A stretch of 32,000 nt of DNA from Candidatus Omnitrophota bacterium (GTDB lineage: Bacteria; Omnitrophota; Gorgyraeia; Zapsychrales; JANLHA01). Made by a program: the position numbers and the translations under genes. This document shows, one piece after another, positions 1 to 12,000 of this stretch. The notes below the pieces were generated by a model that made no database searches, was not told where the DNA came from, and saw only the letters and a list, made by a program, of their open reading frames with translations. The DNA lies in assembly GCA_963662715.1 (NCBI GenBank), contig OY759724.1, positions 1,080,001-1,112,000 of the forward strand, in the 5' to 3' direction. Numbering within the stretch: the stretch's first letter is position 1; each line of letters opens with the position of its first letter.

Positions 1-3000
1 ACTGTAAGGATTTTTCAAGATAGGCCTCGATTAAGAAATCCTCCTTATCGGCATCGCTCCTGTGCCGGGAGAGATGGAGCTGTTCCCGGGCCAGCATTTC
101 ATAAATCTTAGCCGCACTTAAAAGCACGTCCATTCTCTGCGGATAAAGCGCCACAGCCCGGTCAATATATATCTGACTCCGGGTCCACAATTTCTCCCGT
201 GTATCAGGATCAGTTTCCTGACCTGCCAGGTTTGAGTATAAAAGGGCCAAAGCGCAATGCGCGAGCCCCAGGAGAGGATCTTTATCAACCGCGCGAAGTA
301 AATAAGATTCTCTTTGTTTCACGCTGTCGCAACTGGCAGCCCTGTTGAAGTCAAGAAGCGCCGGGAAAGATACTCCGGCCCATCGGGACCAGGGAAGGCG
401 TTCCAACTGTTCGGAAGACATAAAGATAATCTTTTGGCTCCGCTGATCCTCACCGATAACGGCAATCATAAGACTGTCATAGGATTTCTTAAAGTCACGG
501 TTCATAAGATCGAGGGTCAAAATACGATCTTCGTCCAGCCCGACAATAACGATAACATGCCATGTTTCATGATATCTATGCTCCATCGCGTTCACCGGCA
601 CAACCCTGGCTTCAAATCCGCTTTCCCGGGCTATTTCGTGATAAATAACAGAAAAGACCAGACAGTTGGCCATATTTAGTTTCATAAAGACTTCGATATC
701 TCCCTTGGCATTTCTGGTCGAAGGAACCGGGAAAACATTAAACTGCAAAATGTCAAACCAGAATCGGGCGATATCATTGAGGAACAAGGTTGCTTTTTCA
801 TCGTCCTCCATTTCTTGGACACGGGTTCTGATTCTTCGGGAAATATCATTTAAAGTTAAATTTTTAAACTGCCCGGAAAGAATCTCAGGGGAGTCCGAAG
901 ACATGAGTTCAGGAATAACGGCCCGGATATTGTCCGGCACAACGTCGGCAAATGTCCGGTAACGAAGAAGCCATAACGGCAGACGCTGATGAACGGCCTC
1001 AAGCAATTCTGTCCTGTGATATTCGTCCAGCACCGGAGAAGATCCAGGAATAAAACCAGCCGCTGCCACCGGTGCTGCCATAAGGATGCTTTTTTCAATT
1101 TCCACGGCGGCAATTTTATCCGTCAGAACGTTAAAGGCATTCAAAGGAACAACACTTTCGTTCCTGGTGGATAACCGCACATCTTTCAGTTGTTTGTGCC
1201 AGAATCCCCCGGAGTTGGCCGTCATGTTGCTTATAATGCACGTTCTGCAATCAGCGTCGGCCAGCATCCGGACAAACGTTCTCAGCAGATTTGTCCCGTA
1301 ACGGGAACCCCGCCCGTGTGCATCCCGGGCGATAACAATGTAAAATAACTTGCCCTGCTTATCGCCTGTGTGGACATAATAGGTCAGCTGCCCGACAACT
1401 TTCCCGCCCCGGGCCATGATAAGGATATCCTGCACAAAGTCATCAGCCAAAAGCCCGATACCATAATCCAGCGGCGGCTCAACATCTCCTTCGTGCAATC
1501 GGTATTCTCTGGGGAAGGAACTTTTGCCGTTATTTCCTAATGCTTGATATAGAGATAAAACATGGATATCGTCATCTCTTCTTGTTGATAAAATAAACTT
1601 CCCGTATAATCTGGCGGCGTCACTTAAAAGCCTGATGTTCGCAAATTCGGAAAACCGGTATTCCTCATCCAGCGACAATACCTTGCTGATGAATTGAGAA
1701 TCACTAAAACAGCTATTTCTGTCGACCTGAACGACGGCATCGAATGCCCGCCCTTTCACCCCTGTCCCTTCCTCTGAAGCAAGAATTCGCATTAATACCT
1801 CACCGACACCCTGACCGAATGAAGAGGCCGTCTGAGCCAAGGATTCCAGTGTCTGAAGCTTTTCAGAAAAATATAATTCTTCCCACCTCGTTTTGATCTG
1901 ATAGACAATCGGCTCCTCCTTCCCCTTCGCAGCGTCTTTTGTCACCGGGGAAGAATGATATTCTGCTGACATTCCAGCCATTGAGGACATATCCTGGTCG
2001 CCGGATATGTCCTGTTTCACCGGTGAACTGGAAGATGTCCCCCCTTCTTCCTCCGGGGAGGTCTCTTTGAGTTTTTCCTTATTGACATTCAAGAAATCCC
2101 ATAGCGGCTGATACATTTCATATATTTTCAGCAATCCGTCTATCAGCCCCAGCAGATAATAATAGTACGCTCCGTTCGCCTCACGCTGGTTCACCATCTC
2201 CAAAAGCTCTGGCTCTTCATCTATAAAGTAAAGACTTCTTTGCAAATCCTCATCTCCCTTAAAAAGGTTGTCGGATAAATAGTGCATGACATCACCGCGG
2301 AAATGTCCGTTCTGAGCTTCATGGTAGGAGAAAGATTCGATGCCCAGCAAATCAGGGCTGATCATTGCAAATAAGTCACAAAGATCCTGTCGGAAACCGC
2401 GCAACCCGCGGCGGTTTTCGCGGTCTGCCATCTGGAGAGACCGGCCGTGTTGATCCCGCCAGATAAAATAATTATCACGCTCGAGACTGTCTTGAATAAA
2501 ACTCGGGGAAATATGAGACGTCAGCGGCTGGACTGTTCCCATCGTATAGAGTAAAGGATATAAGATGTAATTATGAACACCGTTTCGAACAAGTGTCCCC
2601 GGATGCGTAAACGTCAGCGTCTTTCTCCCGGGCAGAAAGCGGATCAAAGGCTGGTTGGACATCAGGCCGACAACCTGTCCCGAATGTATATCCAGCAAAG
2701 GAGCTCCGGAATCACCCAAATACATATCAGACATGTCCGCAATCACCTGTTCTTCGTCCTTGCCCGGGATGCTCCTTGTTCCGATAACCTGACCTTCTTC
2801 AATAGCCGGTACGCCCTGGACAAAACGCTTTCCGGAAATGAGAACAACGCGCTTGCCGATAGAGCTTTTTTGGATTTTTAAAACTCCCAGTCTTTCATGA
2901 TTTAAAGAAGACTTCGAGAGACGGATAACCGCCACATCGTTGAGAGTATTGATCCGATTAGCTTCCGGCTCCCAGACTCTCTCTACACTGTCCCTGTTGG

Positions 3001-6000
3001 TCATAATATGACCGTAAACCTCCCGGCCGGAAGGCAAAACCACCTTAACGGTTTTCTTGGAGACAACCCCGTTATTTCTATCCGTCCACTCTGTATACAA
3101 GCCATGTTTGCTGGTAAACGCATAATAATTATACGGGTCCTCATCAACGACAAAACCGGAAAGCCCGTAGTTAACATTGGCCAATGAACCTAAACGGATA
3201 ACAGCTGATTGACCTTCCCTAAGAGTCTTTTCTCCTTCTTTACTCCATTCATCCTGCTTTAATAAAGACGGGGCGCGATCCCTGTTAAAAGCACTTAACA
3301 CCGCCGAAGAAACACGCGTACCAAAATCCGCGTCCTGGTGGGACGATTGAGGCCCGTCCTGCAAATGAATCTTTCCTGAAACCTCCTGGTCGACCGGGAG
3401 GAAAAACGCTGTCTTTCCAGCATGCCGCTCCCGGGAGTGAAATTCACTCACCGGAGAGCTGGCGCCCTTCAATAATCCCGCAACATCGTGTGACGATATG
3501 CCAACGCCCGTAACCCCGGCCTTCATCAATTCAAACGCCATACGGGAAAGCGCCCGCATGAGAATGAGCCGGTCATGCTGCCAGTCCTCCGGGATATTTG
3601 CCGTAGCCCGTTTAGCCGCCTCCAGTGTCTGACGGGCCTCGGGCAGTCCGTACATAAGTTCGATCTTGGCCGCACGGATCCAAAAGAGCGCTACTGTCCT
3701 GAGACGGTAACTGCTGACATAACCGTCTCTTACCGGATCGACCATTTCTTTGGCCTTCGCAAGGTGTTCTTTGCCGTCCTTATGTCTTCCTTCCGCAAAA
3801 ACGATCTCGGCAAAGTCAAGATGCGCTTCGTCAAACTCGAAAGCCCTCGGAGGAGCTATATCCAAGAAGGCCATAGCCTGCTCAAAAGTCTGCGCGGCCG
3901 ATTCAAGACCATGCTTCTTCTCAAACCGGTAGATCTCAAGAAGCCCCTTGAAGATATCTTCCTTATGCAAAGCCGTATCGTGATACAAATAGCTCAACTG
4001 ACGTTTGGCCTTCTCAAGAAAGGCGCGGCTTCTCTCTGTGTCCTTTGAGACGGTTATCTCCGCCATTTCAACCAGCGTCCTGATCTGAAGGAAATAATTG
4101 TAGCCCTGCTTCAAAACCTCTTCCGCCTGCTCATAATGTCCGCTCAGTGTTTCCATAAGCGCAAAAAGCCTTGACGACTCGGCGCGCTGCTGGGCTTCCA
4201 GAAGATCGATCATATCGTGCCTCTCCGCGGCGCACTGGGCAAGCGTCATGGTTTGAAAAGCCGTGGGCATCCCTAAATGCCATTTGACAAGGGCGACTTC
4301 GGCCAGGGCGCACGGCCGCTCCAGCATAGATGTTTTGGCAATAGCCATCGCCGCTTCTTCGGCCTCCTGCAATAAGCATTCCGCATTCGGCATATTGCCG
4401 TCAAAGTCATACCGTTGCTTGGCGATCCTGGCTAATGTCCTGGCAAGATGATAAAGATTCCGGTTTTGCACTTTTCTGGAAAACGTGTTTAATATCCGTA
4501 TGGTCTTGATAGCCTCTTCATACTCGCCTAGTTCTGTCAGGAATTCAGCAATTTCGGCAATGGCTTCCGGAGAGTCCGCCTCCCGGGCTTCTTCTTCTAT
4601 ACGGGAAAATGTTTTAGACAAGGCCAGCCCGGCTTCAGGCGAAATCACGACCAGAGCAGCCGGCTCTGTATCAGCGGCGGGTTTTGCAATAAGCAAACGG
4701 TAATTCCTGTTGCCCGTTCTTTCTACATCCGGGTTATAAGGATCAAACTTGTAGGATATCCAACTCTGCGATCCGTCAGCAAAAACGACAAGAAACTTAT
4801 AATCTATTTGATGCTCCTGAATAACAACGCTTAACTGCCAGAGGCCATCTTGTTCAACCATCTTAAATTCTTCGTTATCTTCATCGTTCAACCATCGGTT
4901 AAAACTCCCGCCCAGGAACACAGATTGGATTTCCTCGTGTCGTCCCCCTTGCGGTTTAAAAACAAAGGTCACTTGTGTCCCGCCGTCTTCCAGGATTTCA
5001 CAAGCAGGATAGGCGCCTTCTTCGGGCAGGCTCTCGGAAACCGGGAATATGAAATCTCCGTTATTGGCCCACATCCTGGCTTCTGCGAACAAAGGATCAT
5101 CCAATCTCATTCCGTGAGGAACGGAAAAGAGGGTCATCCCGATCTGATCATCGTTAAAGAACACTGTTCTGGCCTTTATCACAGCTGTCAATTCGTAGAA
5201 CATGTAGCAGAAACTTGAAAAAACACTTCCCCGGACACCGGCCTTTTGCGCCTTGGCCGGGATCGCCCGCCAGTCGGACGGATGATTAACCGGACCGACC
5301 CAGAAATAAAAATCAAGGTCATGGACAGGAGTCTTGTCATAAAGATGAGCCAGATATACACCCGAGTTCAAAACAGAGGCGTTGTCGCCACGGCGTACAA
5401 CCGGCGGCTCCTCACGGTCATCGGCATCCCAGGTCTGGAAATACATAAGATTGTTATTCTTATATCTTAAAAGCGTACCGGCACGAAGTACGACCTCCCG
5501 GCTTCTGCCCCAGGCCCGGGCATAACCCTCTTCATAGGCTTCCAGCATGCGATCAATGGCAGAATCTTTCAGTTCTTCCCCGCCGAATTTCAATTCCGCC
5601 CAGAGAGCAATGCGCAAAGACCTAAATTGCTCTAAACGATCATACAATGAAGCCTGATAACTGTGGGAGAGATCCGTGAACCGGACAGAGGGCTTTCCGT
5701 CGTCGTAAGAGATTTCAAAAATTTCGGGATAGATATTGCCCGTGGAATAGTCTATATGTTCCCGGCAAAGATCCTTAAGACGCAATCCTTTTCTGTGTTC
5801 TTTGCCCAGGGCGAACCCTAAGGCTTCCAGCTCCTTATTTTGTATTACCGGAGAACTCGTATTCTTTTTCTTTGTGTCCTCCCGGGAACGCAGTTGGGAG
5901 ATTTTTGTCCGGGGCATGGGGGTATCTTCTGTTGCGGTATTCCGAAGCTGCCGCCGCTGTCTTGCGCGCTGAGACAATGCTTTTATAAAATTTACCGTTC

Positions 6001-9000
6001 TGACCATAAAAAGACATATATCGCCGAGGGAAGACAAAGTCTCCGCGGCATACTTTCTCAGTTCCGGCCACATATCTTCTGCTGTGATTTTTTCAGAAAA
6101 ACAATCTTTAGTCAGCCGGGAGGTTTTTATGAGCATACGCAATATAGACATCTCATTCCGGATGACAATTTGCCTCAGGCTGGCGATATCCACTGGATCA
6201 ATCAAGCCGTTTGACTCAAAAAGTTCTGTCCCCATCCATTCTCCGTGCTTTCTTATGTGCCGTCTGAAACGGATTTTATTGGACGCTGTTAATTTAATTA
6301 AAACATCCGGTTTCACGGACAATTGGGCCAATGCGGCCGGCGCCTCCGTGCCGTCAATTATGACGACAGGACGCGTCAGGCGGGCATAGACCATAAGCCG
6401 GGCCAATTCCCGAACCATCGCCTGTTCTGAGGTTTCTCCTTCACGGCGCACGGCCTTCCTCTTTATCGCATCTATATTTAAAACCTTTATTTCCTGCGGC
6501 GTGTAGGATGCCAGGCCGATAGTCTTGATCATCTCGGCAAACATTGTTTTTCCGGTGCTGACACGGCCGGTAATCACAACAAGCGCTCTGTCTTTTATTT
6601 GGGACAAAACCTTATTTACGGAAAAATATCCTTCGAATACATTCCCGTTTTCAATCCTTTCTGCTTGTTTATGAACAGGAGAGCTGACCGGGTTGTTCTC
6701 GGAAGGACTCCTGGCCCTGCCGTCATTCCGGAGAGTAAAGAACCGGCTTATTCTGTTGCTCATTTTTTCTCGAGAGGCGGTGTCCCTCTCACCTAAAGCC
6801 GGCTTTCCGGTTTTCCTCTGCTGTTTTTGATCTTTTTCCCGTATAGGAGAACTCTGGCTTAAAGAGGCAGGGCCCTTTTCCTGCTCATTCGCCCAAATAT
6901 GGAATTGGGAATACTCAAAATCCGGGATTTCTTGAAGAACCCGTTTCTTATCTTTTAACGTTCCTTTAATAATATCGATAACAGTTCTGCTCTTTTTCTT
7001 TTTATCGGCCCCAACCCGAGTAGGAATCCGTATCCGCATCAACAAATCATAATCATGGATCAACTTGGTCCCCTGGACACAAAGGCTTTCCAATCTCTGA
7101 GATTTTATTTCCGCAAAATGATTCAATAACGGCTGGAACAAATCTTCTATAGGATCCAACTGCTCTATTTCAATTCCCGGATGCTTCCGCCATAAAGCCA
7201 GCAGAAGGGCCTCTAATTGGTTTAAATCTTTTCCTGTCTTGACCGCTATGTTTAATGGTAAATCTTTTGTTCCTTTTTCCGTACGCCAAACTCGGGAAGG
7301 AGCCTTGATATCAGGGATAGACATTAAAATCTTCCGGATGTCCTGCGGGGTCGTCTGATGCCCTGGCGATTCCCGGACGTCCAAGGCTATTCTATATACC
7401 TGCTTTGAAAAACCGGAAGTCTTAACGGATATTCTCTTAACAACGAATTTTAAAATTTGCATGGCCCTCAGCACGGCCAATAAACGTCCCGGCCTTGCCG
7501 CAGAGAATGATATGTTGATGGAATAATGACCTCTCCGGCTTTTCTCTTCATTGACAGTTAAATCCAAATTACGATTTTTCAATCTAGCGGCCGATTGCCT
7601 TAATTCCTTCAGGAGAATCTGACGGGTTCCGATCAATTGAACAAAACGGTCAAAGTCATCCGTGCATTCCTGCAACGTTCCCCTTGACAATGAATATGAT
7701 ATCCGCAGTAATTCTTCCTGCCGCAGCTGCTGTTCTGCGGAAGACAACGCCTCCACGCTGCCAGCCTGCAGCAAATCAACCAGCTGTTCCTGCCCCAAAG
7801 AGAAAGCATAACGCTTCATATCATCCCGGTCTATCACCCCTTGCCAGCAGGCTAAATATAATTCAAACTTATCTTTTAAATGTAGCCTTTCGGCCAAAGC
7901 GGACGAAAACCGGGAGAAACCGTAAGCATGGGTAATCCCGGCTTGTGCCAACAACTGCCGTTCTCCTTCTCTGCTGAGCTGCGCACGGGCTTTTCTTTCT
8001 AATCCCCAGACAGAGACGTAAAGTCTGGCGCGCCGGGTTTGCATCTTACATTCAGGAACATCAGGCTTCGCGGCTGCCGTGCCTCCCGAAGGCAACAAAA
8101 GCACATCCCCGTCTTTAATCTCATCCAGCATTTCCATCTTTTTAACGACTTTCAATGACGGGATAATCTCATCAACCTTAATCCGGACCTTAAATGTTCC
8201 GCAATAGATGCCCTTGTAAAGGCGGTCTATCTTTCGATGAGCGGCCACATCAAGAGCAATAGCCCCTTCCGGCAGACTGAGCGGGACATAATCATATTGA
8301 TCTTTACCCACCTGCTTAGCGACCAATACCGTAACGGACTTTTGGGCTCCGTAAAGATGCTGTTTGCGGATATTCGTCAACGTAGTGATGTAATCATATT
8401 CAAAATGCTGGGTGAGCCGGATATGGTTGAAAAGATCCAGGGCCTGTTTTGCCAAAGCCGGCTCATCTTTCCGCATGGAATAAACCGAATGTTTAGCGGT
8501 CCCCTGCCGGTATATTTTATAATTCTCTTCGCTGATAATAATAATTTCGATATACCGGCGCTCTTCTTCTTTTTCATATTCAGACTCCCCGAACAGAATC
8601 TGATAAGCTTCATACTTACCGCCCGTTTGCCTGGCCCGGTAAAATTTCTTTAACGGTCTGGAGACATGCTGCCATTCCGGCATGACAAACGGCAAATTCA
8701 GCAACACCGTCAACACGATGTGAATATCCTCCTCCCCTTTTACAACAAACATGCCTCCCCAAATATCACAGATCGGGTCCGTACGGCCGTCGGCCTGGTA
8801 CCGGTCTTCTTTACGGCTGTAGGAATAGGTGCTCTTAAAACGAACAGCATTTTGAGTTTTGGCCATAAAATCAGCCATATATTCCGGGATTCTCCCCGCA
8901 GGGATAAACTGTCCCGCAACTTTTTCTATCTGGCCGTGAAGGTAACCGTTAATATCCGACCATAAATCCCTGAGAGCTGTTTCCGCCGCCCTTCTGCTTG

Positions 9001-12000
9001 TAAACCGGTATTTCTGAAGCATCCGTTGATTAACAGTATTGTATCTCTCTTTGTCTGCCGTCTGTAAGACCTTGGAACGTATAACAGCAGCAATATGCGT
9101 TTGTCCGAAATAATTCGCCAGGAAAGCGTCCACATGACAGGCTTTCAGGCTCAAATACTGCAGATGCTCTTGCTGTTCTTGAGATAAAGTTTTTAACCCA
9201 TGATAATATTTCAATATTTCAATAATACGAGCCCACCGTAAAAACAATACTGGAGAATATTTATGGAGATCATCCTGTTTCAGGAAAAACTTAATATATT
9301 CAGGAACATATTCTTTGTCGGTGATGACCCCTCTCGGCATGGGAGGATCGTAAGGAACATTCATCCATTTGCGATAATGTGTCAACCATTCCAAAACAAG
9401 CTCTCCTTCTTCCCGGCCAAAAGTTTTTCTTATCGCCTCCTTATGTTTCCTCGTTAAAGAATCAGAATCAGCTAATAATATCCATGCCGCCCCGACCACC
9501 AACGGGGGAACAGTCCAGCCCCGGAGCCGGTAGACCATGCCTTTAGAGACAGATACATCGGCAGAAGACAGAAGATGTTCCTGCTGAAAATCCACGGCCA
9601 ATGAATGCCCTTGCTGACTCATCCAGTCATATCCTTTTTCCCTCACCGGGCTGTTCACACAGGTATTCTCTTCCCGACTATTTTCATTTCCCGCAAGGGT
9701 CTTAACCGGTGAGCTGCTGTTTGTATCGGCCGGACCCACGTTCAGCCGCTTTAGGGCCGCTTCAATATGCTTTGGCTGAAAGACCTTGACAGCCGGGTAT
9801 ATTTTCTGAAGAAGCCCGCCGACCCTGGCCCAGTCGGAAAGATCCCGTAAATATGACCGCATGTCGGACAATCCGGCCGGCTCCAATCTTCTTAAAGCAC
9901 ATAACCTCAGGGGCCGGTCAATATTGGCCTCAGCAAGAACCTGTAGTATATCTTCACGGCTGCGGGCCAACCTCAATCCCTGCTCCTGCAAAGCACCAAA
10001 AATCCAGGAAACCATCAGATCGCCCTCGGCAATACGAATATCCTTAACGATACACCCGGTTTTCTGCCAAAGACGGATCAGCTGAATAGCCAACTCTTCT
10101 GATATAAAATCATAAAGAGGTTCCAGCGCCGTAATGGGAAGGCCTCCTTCTAACAGGCCCCAGAAACATGCGGCATCATTCTCCACGGGATCTGCTTCTC
10201 CTCTGGAGTGGACGAAAGCCTGGCTCAGATCAAACAGGCTTTTGCCAAGGTATAAACCTTCATAACCCTCAAGATATTCGGAAAGATAAACAGGATACGT
10301 GCGTGTCTGTTTATTGAAAGTTCCCCGGACATGAGCGAAAGACAAAGGTGCCGGAAAAATATCCGTGTGCGTGTTGACCGCCTGCAGGTTCTTAAATTCT
10401 GACGGCACGCTCAACACGGCATTCTTTTCTTCAAGCCAATGGTTGTCAACGGTCATGATCCAACGGACCATCTGATTTTTCATATATACTTCCACGCTGA
10501 ATATTCCGGCTGATCCCGGCTTCTCCGGTTCACTGCTCTTGCCGGATAACAGCGGGCGGACATTTATTAGTTTAATATCTGACAAATAATATGATCCCGG
10601 GAGAACCTCAATGGCCCGCTCAAGCAGGTCCGTTTGAGTGAAGGCATTTTGTATCAGTTCCTTATATAACGCCAGCGTATGGGCCATAAAATATTCTATC
10701 TGCTCCAGACTCATGATTTGATCAAAAGGACGGTTATAATAGGCAAACGCCTCCAAGGCTCTCGTATCAATCCGAACGTTCACCGGAGAACTAGACACAA
10801 GCATATTTTGGAGATGTCTTTTTGCAATAATGACTTCAACAACCAGTCCTTTATCGTCGCCCATTCTTTGCGTACGGTCAAAAGGAGTCACAACAGCGCC
10901 GATGCGGTAGGCATGCGTTAACATGATGGCGTTCCCTTCTCCCCGTCCGCCAAAAAACGGATAGGGGCAGGCATTCTTTTCGTCTGTCTTGAAAGCTGCG
11001 TTAAAGGAAGCCCCGTTGGAAATAAGCCGCAGGAGGATATCCCGGCCTTGTTCTTCCACATAGAAATCCACTCTCAAAGGCCGGTCATATGTTCCCGATT
11101 CATAAACCCGCTGTAAATATAAATCCATCATATTCTCAACCGTATGAGCCAGTACCTGCTCCAAAGAAGCGACAAAGGGACGATATAGTACCAAATCAAC
11201 TTTATCCCGGGAACTGCCGATCAAAGCAAATAATGTGTCGAGCAGCGGAACGGTCACATTTTGTTTAAACAGTTCAAGAGAAATCCTGTAGACCAGCTCC
11301 TGTTTCGCGTCGGAGTTCTTGCTGCGGACGATAGGCAGCAATTCCTGCAAATCTTCGTATGACAGTTCCAGACGACATAGTCTTGCTGCAGACGAACCTT
11401 CCCGGTTGACCGGGCTGCTGGAAGGATTATTTTTCTTAAGCGTTTCCCGTTTATTGATATTAAGAGACGAGCCGTTCTCTGATGACGCATTTACGCTCAG
11501 GGACTCTTTTGTCCGCCGGAACAACTCATCGACCGCACCCGGGGCAGACGGCTCAACGCCTTTAAGAAAACGGATGGACCGGACAAGATAGGCCGCCCAT
11601 TTCTCTGATAATTCTTCCGGATCATGATCGGTAAACCGGACCTTGGTACATTTAAAGAAATCATCCTCAAATACTCTTTCAGCAAGATCCTGATCAACGA
11701 CCCGGACAATAAATTCGTCTAACACTTTTTCATAATCACGCAGTTTTCGTCCTGCCAGATATTCAGATTCGAGCAGTGACCGAGTGGAAGATAACGACGT
11801 AAAATAGATCAAGGCATTAACGAGCAATTTAGCGCCGTTGACCACATCATTGCGCACTATTGCAAAAGGATACGGCGGGACCCTCCGGGGCAGGGAAGGA
11901 TGTCCTACTCCGGGCTTGAGCTTTTGCGGGTCATAAACATTACGGCGGAGAAATTCCGCTAACCGTTCTTCCTGTTCTTTTTCCGTGAAGGACGCCTGCT

